A DNA stretch of 64,000 nucleotides, from positions 15,626,001 to 15,690,000 of the forward strand of contig NC_045697.1 in NCBI RefSeq assembly GCF_009834535.1. Direction: 5' to 3'. Within the stretch, counting starts at the first letter, position 1. Each line of letters begins with the position of its first letter. The notes beneath the pieces were generated by a model. It saw only the letters and a list, made by a program, of their open reading frames with translations, was not told the DNA's origin and made no database searches. Shown in pieces: positions 1-14,193 of the stretch. Position numbers and translations under genes: made by a program. Source of the stretch: Camelus ferus (Eukaryota).

Positions 1-744
1 AGTGCACTCAGCTCAGCACATAACCCCGTCCCTGGAGTACTACCTCTGCCCTTTACACTTGTCATCAAGCAGTTCCTAGGAACCCCCCATCGCCCCCCCA
101 GAATGGATGACTCCTCCACTGTTGCTTTCACACAACGCACCTGCACAACAGCTCGTACCCAGCTGCAGTCAGCTCTTCATACCCTGGCTTGTAAAGCCCT
201 CAAGGACGCAGGTCTGCCTTCAGTCCCTGCCCTAGTGCCAGGTACACACCCAGCGTTCAACACAGAGACACTGATCATTTCTACTCATCCAGCACAATTA
301 TCCACTGACGATTGTTAAAATTATAATGCTAGGAACAGCGTGACCCCAAAACTGTTTTGTCTTTTGTAGAGAATAACTACACTGAGCAGATTAGTATCTA
401 TCACATGACCTCAAGGAAATTACAGTTATTTTCAGAGCCTATTCTATGGCCAGCACCATCTTAGCTGCTTTATACACTAAGTCACTTATTCCCCACCACA
501 ACTGTATGAAGGAGAATCATTCCCGCTTTGTAGATGAGTCAGGCACCAAGAGGATACAAAACTTCAAGAACACTATCAGCCGGCAGGGTGCACAGCCAGT
601 GTTCAAAACCAGGCGGCCCGGTTTACAAGCCCATTCTTTTATTTTCTAAAATTCCCTCAGCAATTTTCTGTTACGATCATGCTTCATTCAATGTAATATC
701 TGACGAACGTTTAACATAAGACAGTACATGACGGTATCAGATAC

Positions 745-890
745 CTGAGCATCGGTCTTGGTGGAGGTGGCAGTTCATCAGGATCCTGGCATCTCTTAGC
801 TTTTTTAGTGACTTGTTTATAGATATTTCGAGCTGTCACTCCCACCCATAGTACTGTAGCAAGGGTGGAATAATGAAGAATTATTCCAAC
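745..890 (-). CDS. ADGRA3: ADGRA3 exon 17 (146 nt, TM3 and intracellular loop 2); not in the ORF track
   Basis: tag|...|gtatct; [48 protein letters not shown](R). Confidence 0.95.
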
Positions 891-1449
891 CTAGAAAGAA
901 GATTGAAGAATATGTAAACTAAGAGGGGGAAAAACAATTACCTTTAACAGTCATCAAGTGTAGCAGCTGCCAGTAAGCTTTATCAGAAAGACTGGGAAGT
1001 TACTTTCAAAAATCTGATTCAAAAACAGTATGGAGTATTCTCATGATCAACCCCTCTGCCTGCTAATGAAACACAGAAAGCAATCTAACAGGTGTGCAAA
1101 CAGGCAAGCAGGTCCTCTAACAGACTAGCCGACAGCTGGATCCAGGAGGCCCACGGACTACAACTTACACCGAGATGACTCAATACACCACAGAATTCGC
1201 TTTGAAAAATAATAAACCAAAGGCATGTTTCTCCAAGATGCTATGCTATAAATTAGAGTTGAGTTCCTCCTTTTAAGGAGGAATGTAGAGGTCAAGGGTG
1301 ACTGGGGTGTGAAAGTCACAGCACACAGAGGATAGGCTTTAGAGTCAAAGACCTGAACAGTTCTAATTCAGAGCTTTCACATACTGAAATGGTAAGCGAG
1401 TCACATAACAGATTGGTGATTAAATGAGTGAGCTAAAGAGTCAACAATT

Positions 1450-1635
1450 TTGCCTGGTTTTAAAATCAGAATCCACCCCTTGTGATACCTGAGCAAACCT
1501 GCATAGCAACTCAGGCACTGCCTTCCTCATGTGTAAACTGAGAAGAATGTGAAACCATTGTTGAGGTTTTCAGTAAGATCGTCTATATAAAGCATTTAGC
1601 ACATTGCCTGGTACATGATAAGCAATTAATTGAAA
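1450..1635 (+). mobile_element. MIR SINE
   Basis: Core ttcctcatgtgtaaa and 3' aaagcatttagcacattgcctggtacatgataagc. Confidence 0.7.
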
Positions 1636-4600
1636 AATACAGCAACACTTTTATTATTACTTATTAGGAGTATGGTTTTAAGGAAACAGTGTCAACCTTT
1701 TTGAAATTAATGTTCCTCATTTGCCTAGTGGATTATCAACCATCTCCTGTGGTTTCTGTAGGGACTGAATGGACACAATACTTGGGACATAATAAGTGCT
1801 CGATTAACGACGGTTAATTGCAACACACGTAAATGGTCACACCGAGTTTCCTCCTGGAGGGGTGATGGGGGCATGTTTATCACGTGATTTCTGTTTGAAG
1901 CAACACCAGTTAAAGATAAAATTCCAGATGAAGGCAAGCAGTGGGCAAAGAGACGTTTAAAATTTATTTTAAGAAAAAATAAATACCTGTGTGTCATCAA
2001 GGGAATAATTTAGCTTTCTTATCTAATTACTATCTTCTTATTGTTTCTTATACAATTATCACAGGTAAACTCCTATTAATAAAAATGTCCAAGAAAAAAG
2101 AAATATTCTAAAAGGATGGCTCTCCAATCTCAAAAAAATGAAATGGACTGACATTATCAAACGTAGGTCAGTCACAGAAGCATTCAGACTGCTGCCAGAG
2201 GTTCATCTTAATGAGAGCCAATCTGCAGTTCAACTTAGTGACATGAAGGCGCAGGGATTACTTTGCAGGGCAGAAAGCTAGGGTGGTCACGGTCCCTGCA
2301 ATGACTGGAAGCGCTAGGAGGGTGGCTCCAGCCTGGCCAAGCCAGAGCAGTCAGAGTTTTCTTCTTAGGAAGAAAAGTGGCTCCTTGGTTCCCGCTAGGT
2401 TTTGCTGACTGCACTAGAAAAGCAAAATTTACAGATGTTTAAGTGGAACAAAAAGCATAAAATAACCCTTTGAACTATCCGGTGTCACACCGAATACTGT
2501 AAATAAAAATAGTATAATTGGATTTGGTGCACAGAAACCAAAACATTCAAAACAAATCACTGTTACTGACTCAAAATGGCAGGCTCTGCGGTTCCTGGAG
2601 TTCTAACGCAGAGGTCAAAAGTCAGAGGTCAAAAGAACAAGACGGGGTTGCAAATGAGTTTAAAAACAGAAGCTGAAAATTCTCTGAACACAGGAGGTGC
2701 AAGGTGGAGAATTTTCTTGTTTTGGATCCAAGTAAAATTCAACCTTTAGATTCTGAAGTGTTTTCCATGGCATTTCAAAGCTCGCAGAGAAGTATTCACA
2801 CTTGAAAGACACCGAACCCCTCTAGTTAGACAATTATTACCAATAGTGGAATTTTAGGAGACTGATGTCACCTGGTAACAGTCACACAGGCAAGTCACCA
2901 AATATTCCACAAGAGCCAGAATAAAGGAGGCCCTGAGGTCTAGGAGTGAGGGTGCTCCTGTATTTTGGAATGAGGTTCTTCCTATTTTATTCTCCATCAG
3001 ACACTTGGGCTATACATGAAATACAGCCTCACTGTCACAATGTCTTCCAAATAAATCAGAAATACATGTGGGAAGTTTGTAAATAAGTAAGATAATTCCT
3101 AAGGCAAGTAAATGATTTATTAAATGCAACGATTATAACTTAAGAAAGTCACCTTACCTTAGGACATCAATTTCCAAAGCTGCAAAATGGATTCAAAATA
3201 ATGATCCTAAAGAGTTGTACTTACATGTTAACCTAACCATACACAGTCACATACCAGAGACTAGACATCATGACAATTGGATTTTTAACCACCAGTAAAC
3301 CTACAATAGTGCAGCATTCACATCAAAGTGTTCAAAAAATCTTTAACACTCGCATAATCATATATGCATACAAAAACCATACAAGAGCTTCCACTGCTGA
3401 ATGCCTGTGATGGACCCCAAAATGGATAACACAATTTTGTATGTGCTTCCATTTTAGCCTCTTAGCATCACCATCTGGCTAGTGTTACAGTAGAGGAGAC
3501 TTAAGCTGAAAGAGGTCCACCAGAGGTCACATGGTCAGTGGCAGGGCTGCAGCTCAAACCCAAAGCCTGTGACCCTTCTATTATGCCCTGCTGGTCCTCA
3601 CTAAACAGCAAAGCACCGTCACTAGGGAGGGCTGGAGAGGAACACTCAAGAGTCAAAAGAGACTGGCATTTGAATCATGCCTCTGCCACCCAAAAGCCCG
3701 AGTGATTTGGGGCAAGTTATTTCAACTCTCTAAGACTCAATTTCTGTACTTATAAAATATATGAGTAAGAAATACCTCCTGGGGTTAATATGAAAGTTAA
3801 CACACTTGCAGTAGTTGGCAAGTGGAAAGCTCTTCATATCCATGGATTGAACCTTTCCCAATGCATCTCATGTGCCCCTGCAGCAGTCCCCTGGATAACA
3901 GAGGACACCTGAGAAGGTCACCGGGCACTACATTTAATAGATTCAATCACGGAGTGGTAGAGCAACAAGGTAGCTTAAGTAAGATGAGCCAAATCCCATC
4001 ACTGCGTAGCTAAGGAAACCAAGACCCAGAAAATTAACAATCAATTACTTGGCAGCACATCGTGCTAGATGTGCTAGAATCCAGATCCCTTCCAACCTTG
4101 AGTCAACGTCCCTTCTCCTCTGTCACCCAGCTTCTCAATTCTCCTCTGGCTCCTTTTGCAAAAGGGAGTGAAAGGCTACAGAATGCAGCCATGGTACCAC
4201 CTGGAATGGACAACGTAACAAGCAGAGTGGGCAGGACCTGGCTGGTGGGGTCTTTAATAACCTCCACCAGTCACTGCAGGGTGGGAACCTGCTCACACTC
4301 TTCCTAAAATACGTGAGCCCTAACAGTGAGGTCATGTCACACCGATCATGTGCACTTAAAAGACTGCATGTAAAATATGCACGCTTCAAGGTTCAGTTTT
4401 AGAGATGGAAGAACAGCCCATCCCATTATTTACAGAAGAAACAGTAAGCCCCTAGTAGGTTAAATGGCTGGTCATACGGGCTGTTCCGGCAGACCCCGCT
4501 GGCTGCTAACTGAATTAAGTAAGAAGCAAGTTATGTCTGAGTCAGAGATAACAAGAATGATGTTATGTCTTCCATAGGGGAAGGAAAGAACATGGTCAAA

Positions 4601-5599
4601 AAAAAAAAAAAAAAAACCAGAAGAAAACAACATACAAAAAACATCTAGAGACCTGCCCGCCCCGCTCTCTGGGCAAATCTTTAACTAACAGATACTCGTT
4701 CTAGAGGCCCTGAAAACTCAGTGCAATGCCTGTCCTTTTCATTCTAGAAATGGCATAAAATACCATTCAGGATGATGAAAGGCAGTCATCTTTACTATGG
4801 CCTCTTTCTATTCATTTCCTTAGTGAAATAAATTTATGTGCCTACTCTAAGGAATCAATGAATATTTTTAGACAGAATTGAGACGATTACTACCATTGTG
4901 TCCTGGGTATGCTCTTAATAGTCTACGCTCAAAAAATGGCTCCAGGGTTGAATGATTTCTGCTATTTGCAACAGAGGCCTTTTTTGTTCATTTACCCAAT
5001 ATTTGCTGAGCACCTACTACGTGTCAGGCCTTCTACTGATCCCTGGATAAACATCGGTGAATCAGATCAACATAATTCCTGTCCCTGTGCAGAGTCCAGG
5101 GACAATGAATAGTAAATGACAGTCAATTACAAAGTTCTGAAGGTACCATGGAATTTTAATAAGCACCACAGGATAATGAGGGGAGGGGAGGCGAGGGGAG
5201 GAACTGTTTCTCTGAAACCATAACAGTAAACTGAGACCATGTGAAGAAGGGGCGAAAGGCTGAGAAAAGAGAAGCAGTATCTTGTGTGCATCTGTCAAGC
5301 TGATTTTGTAGACTCCAAACCAGTTTGTTTTCAGATGTATAGTAACGGCCTAAATATTCTGCACAGTTAAGAGGTAACTGTGTCAATAACAGTAGCAGAA
5401 ATAGCTAACATCGTTGGGCGCCTACTGTATGCCAGGTACCCTGGAGTCATTTAATCCTCTCAACAATTCTTAAATACACACACACGTATTTTTAACTGGA
5501 TCTCCTGAATACAGTATTGGATTGATCCTCAGCCTTAGGTTAATGACATACTGTAATGATTGGCCCAAGCACAGCCTGTCTTTATTTAGTTATTTAATA

Positions 5600-7420
5600 A
5601 GTTTTTGTTAACAATAAGTGTCCAAGAATCTATCGGTAAGACAGAAGACCTTGACAAAAACCTTCATCAAACTTTAAGATCCCCATCAGCCAAGATAATC
5701 ATCATCCTATCTCCTGCACTGATCATCTCTCTGCTTTCCTTTTTTACAGTTTTATTGCACCTGTATATTTTTGTGAAAAGTGTGCTGCTTCATTTCAGTT
5801 ACGTTTATCTTTATGAAAAAAGCTAGCGGGGCAGGGTGGGGGGGTGAATGTAATTTACAAGACTTATTTTTTTCACTTATATTCCTGGGACTGACTCGTA
5901 CCACTGTGAATGCCTTGTTGTAATTCATTAATTTTGACTCTTGTATAATGCCACAGTTTACTCATTCACTCTCTCAGTGATGGGCATCTGGGTTGCTTCC
6001 AGGTTTCTGCTACTGTGCGGAGTGCTGCTGTGAATATTCATAGGCACATGTCTGCTCCAGATGGGTAAGCTTGCTCCAAGCCCATGAGCAGGGCTGTGGG
6101 TCCCAGGGTATGTGAATGTTCAACTTTAGAAGGTAAAGCCTTGCAGAACCATCCACTTACATTCCCACCCACTATGTATAAACCATGTGGCTCCATATGT
6201 CCTTCAATACTTGGCATTGCCAGGCTTAATTTTTGCTGCCAGAAAAGGCATAAAATGGTAACTCTCTTAACCTGCATGTCCATGACCACCAACGCTGAGC
6301 ATCTCGTCAGGGGTCTACTGGCCCCCTGGGTTTCCTCTGCTATGAAATGCTTGTCACCCTCACCACCAGAAGAAATTCTGGGCTGTCTGAGGCATTCTCA
6401 CTGATTCTCACAGGTTTTAATCTATTTGTTTATTCTAATGCTCTGTCAGTGGTATGTATTGAGAATAGCTTCTTCTAACTTGGAACTTGTCTTTTCATTT
6501 CCTTAGCAATCTTAATTTTTTAAAAAAGATCTTACCTTTAGTTTAGTCAAATATATCTCCTTCCTTTTCTAGCCAGTGCCTTTTAGTGTCATATTTGAGA
6601 AATCCCTCCTTATCCCAAGGATTATGATATTTTCTAATAAAAATTTTAACACTTTGGTTTGGACATCTGTTTAATCTACCCAGAGTTGACTGTTTTAATA
6701 TGGCATGTGGTAGAGATCCATTTTAATCTTTTTCCAAATGGATTTTCCCCAGTTCCCTTAGCTGTACAGTGGTCTCTCTCCACCCAGAGGATGAGACGTG
6801 CGACCTTGGGTCTTACACCAAATCTCTGCAAGGGTCTGCTTCCCAGCAAGCTATTCTGTTGTGTTGGTTGATTTACCTATCCCTACACCAAATGCCACAC
6901 TTTTAATTACAACAGCTTCCAAAGTTTGGATGATTAGAAATCTTCCCATTCTACCATTTTTCAGAAGCATTCTAGCTATCTTCGGCCCTTCTTTGCTTTC
7001 ATATAAATTTAAAGGCCATTTTATTGTGTTTCATGAAAAATTCCCTTACCTACAGATTAATTTAGGAGGAACTGGCCACCCTTCTGATTTTAATTCTTCC
7101 TATCCTTGGACCCAGTGTATCTTGCCACTTTATTTAGGTCTTCTTTAAGACATATTAAATTTTTACCTGCAAATCGTGAACATTTTAAAATTATTTCTAA
7201 GTACTGGGTATTCTCTGATACTACATAAATGAGATCTTTGCATTCATTATTTTTTCTCATAGTTGCACTTCTGCATACTAGCAGCAAACTTCTGCATCTT
7301 AAACTACATTCTAAACAATGTTACATTCACTTTTGCTAAACTCTCCTACTGTTTCTAACAGCTTATCTGTCAATTACTTCAGGTTTTAATATAATAATCA
7401 CATCACCTGACAACTCAATT
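5600..7420 (-). mobile_element. Old L1 (L1M/L1ME-like) fragment, ORF2/3' region; boundaries approximate
   Basis: Antisense L1 hallmarks such as gatgggcatctgggttgcttccaggtttctgctact...gctgctgtgaatattc; T-rich on plus strand. Confidence 0.7.
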
Positions 7421-7489
7421 ATTATTCCCAGTTTACAGGTAAGAAAACTGAGACACAGAACTGTTAAATATTGAAATCAAGATCTTGAA

Positions 7490-7937
7490 AGGATGATCGT
7501 CTTCCCATGTTCACTGCAGTGTTATCCTAGCCAAAGGCTGGGAACAACGAATGAAGAAAATGTGGTGTACACACACAACAGAGTATTTATTCAGCCATAA
7601 ATAAAAGAAGGAAATCCTGTCACATATTACAACGCGGATGACCCGTGAGGATATTACGCTAAATAAATACGTCAGTCGCAGAAGGACAAACACTGCATGA
7701 TTCCACTTATACGAGGTATTTAAGGAGTCGGGCTCACAGAAGCAGAGGAATGGAGGCTGCTGGGGGCTGGGGCAGAGGGAGATGATGGGAGAGGGTGTGG
7801 CTTCAGTCATGTGAGATGAAAATGTTCCAGAGATCTGCTGTGCAACAGTATACTAGAGTTAACAACCATACCACACACTTAAAACTTGGTGAAGAAGGTA
7901 GATTTCTTGTTATGTGTTCTTTTGCAATTAAAAAAAG
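7490..7937 (+). mobile_element. L1MB-like 3' end
   Basis: aaggaaatcctgtcacat...gaaggacaaacactgcatgattccacttatacgagg...gttccagagatctgctg, ending in an A tail. Confidence 0.8.
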
Positions 7938-8614
7938 TTAAATAAGTTGCCCATAAAAACACATTAAACAAGACCGAGAGCCAAACCCATGCAGTCTGAA
8001 CTCTTAAATTACTACGTGACACTGCTTGCTGTGTGCGTGAGGAAAACAACATGCAAGTGAAGAAATAAACCTTTACATATTCCCTATTCATACATGGAAT
8101 AGTATTTGGTTTTTTTGTAGTGCAAGAATACTGTTCACTAAGGCTACACATGCAGTAACTTATCTGAAATTAAATAGTTGACATTTTTAATTCATATTTA
8201 CCACAAAGTTTCTCATTTTTATTTCTTACAGTTAAATTTTTTTCTAATTCCTATTGTTTTTATAAAAGGATAAAAAAGTTTTTAATATCCTACTGTCAGA
8301 AAATGTCACTTCTCTTTCAGCCACAGTAAAGATTTCATAAATTTTTAAAAATTAATTATAATAGACATAACAAGTAGCACAAAATTCCCAAAAATAAAAA
8401 AAAAGCCCTATTAAGTCATATATTCAGTTGTGAAATGATAATTCAAAACTTGAAATATACTGGGTAAAGTGTTTAAGTGACATTCAGTTTAAATTTAATT
8501 AGCTAAAGAAAAAACTTTAAAGAAACGTTGCTTCCTTTATAGCGAATGAAACATATGAAATTACTTTCTATCAATGTATTTTTTTTTTCATTCCAGTTCT
8601 TCACTTTGACTTAC

Positions 8615-8738
8615 TGCTTGGCAGACGCTGGCATTTCTAGTTTGGGTTATTCCTCCCACAAAGACCACACAGGTCAGGAAAATATGAAAGCACAAGTTCA
8701 CAAGCATGTGCCAGCCTTTGAGACTGATTCTAATCAAG
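8615..8738 (-). CDS. ADGRA3: ADGRA3 exon 16 (124 nt, TM2)
   Basis: cag|...|gtaagt; [41 protein letters not shown]. Confidence 0.95.
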
Positions 8739-9668
8739 CTGTTAAAAGAAAAAGAGAAAAAATTAATATGCAGGTTAGTAAGTATGAAGCTGGACACTAC
8801 AATATTCATCTCCACATTAACATTTCCAACTCATAAAAGGCCAAATGTAAACGTTCACACATTTGATTTTAGAAACACACTATCGGACACACACACAGAG
8901 AACGTTTGAGAAATCACTCAACTCAATGTAGTTTCTTAACATTTAACTTTATACAGTAAAAAAGACAAGTTAAAAGGAATGACTGGATGCACTAAAGGCA
9001 AAACAAATTCTCCATAATAAGAAATATGTGAGCTTTTGTTAGTTACAATGTCTTATGACAGATGGATTACTTGTTTGCTTTCTGGGAGGTTCTGTAAGAT
9101 GCCAGTCTATATTTTTCCTGACCTACTAGGATAACGTGGTCTAAATGCCCAACATATTTCTCCCTGGTCTTTCACAGTGAAATGCTGAAGTCTGTCTTTT
9201 TTATATCAAAATCTCTGTTTCTTAACTAAATGCCAAGAAATGTCATGTATGTCCAGCTTACAGAGGAAAATACATTCTAGCAAAACCTCTTGTACAGTGA
9301 GTTTCTGCTTAGCAAATGCTTTCAGTTCATTATTTCTTACCATAAAACAAAAGTTTCTCTAGCTTTCTTTGCCTCCAATTAACAAAAATCATATTCCACA
9401 CTTAAATGCCACAAACTTTCTTTAATGCTGTCTATAAAAGAATATTACACACAACAGGCACAAATTCATGAAACAGGAATAACACCACAGTCTAGTTCTG
9501 GAAAACACCTCTGCAGGTAACAAGGCTCCACTTTACCTCACCCCCGGTGCCCCAGCCCCAGCCGCCAACACACACTCCCTAGATTCTTCCCCAGAAACAA
9601 AGCCAGCAAATTGAATGAATGCTGTAGAAGGTGAATTCACCATCACACATACTAATTATTTACATCTT

Positions 9669-9851
9669 TTAAAAAAATATTTTTTAATATTTTATTTAGT
9701 TTTTGCTTGGGTTTTTTGTTTGTTTTTGTTTTGGGGAAGGTAATTAGGTCTATTTACTTACTTATTTTAATGCAGGTACTGGGGACTGAACCCAGGACCT
9801 CCCTCGTGCATGCTAAGCATGTGCTCTACCACTGAGCTATACCCTCCTGCC
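9669..9851 (-). mobile_element. tRNA-derived SINE, camelid Vic-1 type
   Basis: Minus strand reads ggagggtatagctcagtggtagagcacatgcttagcatgcacgag...gtcctgggttcagtccccagtac (A/B boxes), then an A-rich tail; TSD atttacatctt (9658-9668) / atctacatctt (9852-9862). Confidence 0.8.
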
Positions 9852-10024
9852 ATCTACATCTTGAATTGCATGGAATGAAGAAGGCTTGTAGGCATTATGA
9901 AGTAATCGTCCTTACTTTGGAAGGGTAGCATGGTCTTAAACTCAGTTCCACCCTAATTAAATGTGACATAAACTCCTCCGACTCCAAGTCCACAGATCTC
10001 CATTTGCAAAGTTTTATTTCTCAC

Positions 10025-10149
10025 CTGTGATGGAATATGTAACTGACAAGGACTACGGAGAGGCTCAAAAGAAGAATGACGGCAGTGGTGTAAACCACAG
10101 GGTGCAGGAGACTGGCTGCCTGCGTGTAGAGATCAGACCCCGTCAAATC
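10025..10149 (-). CDS. ADGRA3: ADGRA3 exon 15 (125 nt, TM1); not in the ORF track
   Basis: cag|...|gtgaga; DLTGSDLYTQAASLLHPVVYTTAVILLLSLSVVLVSYIFHH(S). Confidence 0.95.
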
Positions 10150-12719
10150 CTGGGGGGGAAAAGAAAGCGTTATTCTAGGAGCATGTTTCTGGACATGTAA
10201 CTACCAAGAGTTTCTTGGTAACTAAAACACACTGATAAACAGAGCTCTGGCCCTTAACACCTCTTCCTTTCGAAGACTGTGTTTCATGCTATTTTCCTCA
10301 CACAAGACTGCCTTCCTAACTTCCACTGTGTTAACTACTTACACACTGTGTACACACACACACACACAGTTTCACTGTGGACCATCTGCTTTACAAATGT
10401 GAATACTGCCTCTCCCATGAGGGTAACAGAGAGAGAGCAGCAGTGATTTAGAACAGCAACCATGGACTTCACCCTTTTTAATGCTGTTTCACCCCACTTA
10501 CCACTTGGCACGCTCTCCAGCTGATAAGGCTCAAGACAGCAGCATCTCCACGTCAATAAACCCTAAACAGACCTCTCTAGCTGCCTGTGGTCAAGCCCAA
10601 CAAATACGAATGGACCACACGCTGGGCAAGGCTCAGGGACATAATGGTAAACTGTGGTTCTTGTCCTTGAAAGCTGCGAGTCACAGGGCACTCAGACGCA
10701 CAATCAGACCACAACGACATGTGATGAACACAAGGGCAGCCCGGTGATGTGAGCAACGAGGTCAAAGATGAGTAACAGCAAATAGTAACAGCCAGTCACT
10801 CACAGAGGTTAACCATAATCCTGGCACTGTGCCAGCACCTTACACGGAGGAACCCTATGAGCCAGGTATTATTAGCCCCATTTCATGGCCTGAAAAACTG
10901 AGGCACAAAGACATTAAGTGCCGGAAGGACTAGCTCCAAAAGAGCTTGGCTGCCAAGGCTGTGCCTCCAAAAACGAGGCAGACAGTGCTTCCTAAAATGA
11001 AAACAGTGGACATCTGTAGGCTTCCTTCCTTCCTAACGAAGGAGCCAAGTGGGCTGGGCAGACACCTCACCTGGGCCGCAGCCGCCATGCCAGACAAGCA
11101 CGGTTTAGGAGTCACGGCTACAGGCTTACCAGGTCCTATCACTGAACTGTCTTTCTAAACCGATTCTGAAAGCTACACAGTGACAGCTAGATGTGGGAAG
11201 GCGTTCACAGCGATGTGTGTCTAGTCAGGAAGCTCTTGAGACAATTCCTGAAACTTGAAACACTAGATGGAAGGAAGGAGGAAGTGGACGGGGGACAGAC
11301 AGACGAGGACACGGGACACGGCCTCAACAGAGGATGGAAGGAGGCAGCACATGTTCCCACAGAAGGATCAGAGGTTGACAATGTATGCTGACAGGTCTAC
11401 AAAGACCACATCGGGATGCCCTGACAAGCCCCTCACCAGAACCAGTGATGAATGGAGGCCTGGAGCGCGACAAGACTCAGACCTAACTCTGTTCCAGCCC
11501 GAGTGCTCACCACGCTGTGACGGGTCCCACACCTGCAATGCACCTACTTACCCAGTAAATGTTAGCTGGGTGCCCACCGTGGCCAGGCGCTATGCCAAGC
11601 ACTGGATATTGAAGGGAATGCAGGGCCCCTCAAGCGCTGACAGCCTATAAACCGAGATCCAGAAGGGAAAATACAAGACAAGAGCCTACCACCCTCAATT
11701 CTGAACCACCTGCCGGGTGAGATGAGACACCCACGGCATTTGTCTGTGGTACACAGCTTCAACGTACTTGCACTCGGCTAAAAGTCAGAATGTTAGAGAG
11801 AAAATTCAAAAACTACCGGGGCCATGAGAAACAGTGGACACTCACTGGAGTGGACACATTTCCCCTTGTTTCTATGAAAAGTTACTCTTCCAATGCAGAG
11901 TCAATAGCTGAGGATAAACTTTCAGTGTCTAGGATGTGGTCTCTTGACTCTTTCCCTTCCTCTAGGAAATGTTCCAGAACACATCGCCACCTGCTTACAA
12001 GCTGTGTGGTTTGGGACAGTCACCTCACTGTACGCTGGAGACACCACAATCATCTCATCTGGCAGGGTTTGGGGACGGAGCAGAAGGGTGTCCCCACGCT
12101 TTCCACAGGCCTTTGCAAAGAATAACGAAACACAGGTAGCTGGATGTCATCTAATAAAACATCAAAGTGCCAACTCTGCTCTCAAAGTATGTCCTCTAAA
12201 ATATTCACGTTTAAAGGAATCAGTTTTTTTCAAAAACCAAATAAATGCGACAGAGTATGAGAGAGAAGCTGGGTGTTGAAACAGAGGGCACTGACTCTAA
12301 CGATTCCAAGTCAGGACTGGAGAAAGGAGCAAGGACTACTGACTGTTCACACAGGGCACTGCTTCCTGGGGGCATCTGTGGTTGTCACAACAAACTGACC
12401 TTCCCCAAAATGAAAGAGAACCCCTGCTGAGAAAAGCCTGGGAAGGTGCGAGGAGCCAGAGAGCAAACAGTTTAAGCTTCGCTGGCCAGGAGCAAAATTG
12501 AGGCTGTTACGCAGGCACTTACTAACCACTTAAAACGGAACCATTAAATCATTTAAAAATCACCCTTAGCTTTCCAGCATTCAAAACATCAAACAAATAA
12601 ATAATCAGCAGCTGCCTGGAACTGGCCTGTGGGTCAGGTGTTTGCCAGGGTTAGCAGACCGCCCCCCTTTTTAATAAAGGAAATAAATTCAGTTAAGGAA
12701 AACCTCCTAAAAAAAAGTT

Positions 12720-12864
12720 TCTTCTGTATAGCTCAGGGACTCTGTTTAGTATCTTGTAATAACCTCTAATGGGAAAAAAAATATGTAAATGAATATATGC
12801 ATGGCTGGGACATTGTGCTGTACACCAGAGATTGACACATTGTAACTGATGGTACTTCAATTTT
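12720..12864 (+). mobile_element. Young cetartiodactyl-type L1 3' end
   Basis: ctgtatagctcaggga...tgctgtacaccaga..ttgacacattgtaactga..tacttcaatt. Confidence 0.8.
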
Positions 12865-12938
12865 AAAATAAAATAAATAAAATAAAATAAAATAAAATAA
12901 AATAAAATAAAATAAAATAAAATAAAATAAAATAAAAA
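12865..12938 (+). repeat. (AAAAT)n microsatellite derived from the L1 tail
   Basis: Directly visible pentamer array. Confidence 0.95.
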
Positions 12939-13164
12939 TTCTATTGAATACTTGAAAAAAAAAAAAAGAATGACCTTCTATCTTGATAACAAAATACAAG
13001 AGAATATAAGACTATTTAAGACAATTGAGAAGATCAGGATAAGAAAGAAGTTAAGAGAAGTTAAAGACTGAAACAAAAGAGGCAAAGCTGAAATCTGAAT
13101 AAAAATTATTTTCAATTATATTAGTAAACAAACAGAGGCTTTGTGATACTATAACAAAAACACA

Positions 13165-13430
13165 GGTGAAGGGGTCAAAAGGTACAGGTTTCCAGTTATA
13201 AAATAAATAAAGTCCTGGCAATACAATGTGCTTTATTAATAATATTATACTGTGTATCTGAAGAAAGTTTTCATCACAAGAGAAAAAAATGGTAAGTGTG
13301 TTTGGTGATAGATGTTAACTAGATTTACTGTGGTGAACATTTTGCAATATACACATACACAAATATCGAACCATCACATTCTATGCCTGAATTAATACAA
13401 TGTATGACACTCATACCTCTATTAAAAACA
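13165..13430 (+). mobile_element. L1MA9-like 3' end
   Basis: ggtcaaaaggtacaggtttccagttataaaataaataa...gatgttaactagatttactgtggtgaacattttgcaatatac. Confidence 0.7.
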
Positions 13431-14152
13431 AAACCTACCCATACAGGGAGAGAAGGTGACATCTCAAAAGCCCTCAAACCCTATAATTTCACTGCTACCC
13501 ATAATTCTGGCTTTCACTCTCTCTTTTTATAAATCAAATCACTTAGATTCAAAAAAAATTACTAAATAAATTGTCCATAAATGGCCACTAGGAGACATCC
13601 GTGAGAAAAAAAGTAAAAGTGTCATTCACGTTTGCAATATAGTAGTAAGAAAGGAAATGTCCCTGCCTGTGGCGCTTACTTGACCACGGGCTATCACTTA
13701 ATGGTGATCTTAGTCACTCTTTCACATGGCGCAAAGTTTAAGAAAATACTAAGCTAGAAAATGAAAGTAAAGTTTTCCACCAATGCAGAGAACATCAGAA
13801 CACCCGAAAGTATGTTAAAAAATTACAGAGATAATTGTTACTAAGAAACCAAATAAATGAAAGAAGTGTTTGAAATTCTTTGTTTACTTGACAGAGGTTC
13901 ATATATTTGCAAGAGTTATTTCTAGCCTGAGAATTACTAAATAGAAAAATCACTGGTAGTTTTAAATAATCCATTATTATTGTATCAATAATAATTATAA
14001 CTCAGTAATTGTTTAAACTCACCAGGATCTGAATAATGGAAGGAAGTCCAGAGAAAAACACCTCAGGGAGCCCTCTGTTTGTCAGAGTACAAAGTATTAT
14101 AAAGAGTTTGCCAATAAAATAAAATTTTTAAATAGATCTTAAATCAAGAATG

Positions 14153-14193
14153 TAAAACAAAACAAAACAAAGCAAAACAAAACAAAACAAAAA
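14153..14193 (+). repeat. (AAAAC)n simple repeat
   Basis: Directly visible. Confidence 0.9.

Noticed and set aside
9775..9847. tRNA-like sequence with A and B boxes
   Set aside because: SINE head with tail and TSD, not a tRNA gene
10202..10220. 8-bp inverted repeat taccaaga-gtt-tcttggta about 50 nt upstream of the exon 15 acceptor
   Set aside because: Too short to distinguish from chance; not a miRNA-sized hairpin
10335..12530. Cluster of 60-127 aa ORFs in a GC-richer part of intron 14
   Set aside because: No recognisable homology, mixed with MIR/L2 remnants; expected by chance at this GC content
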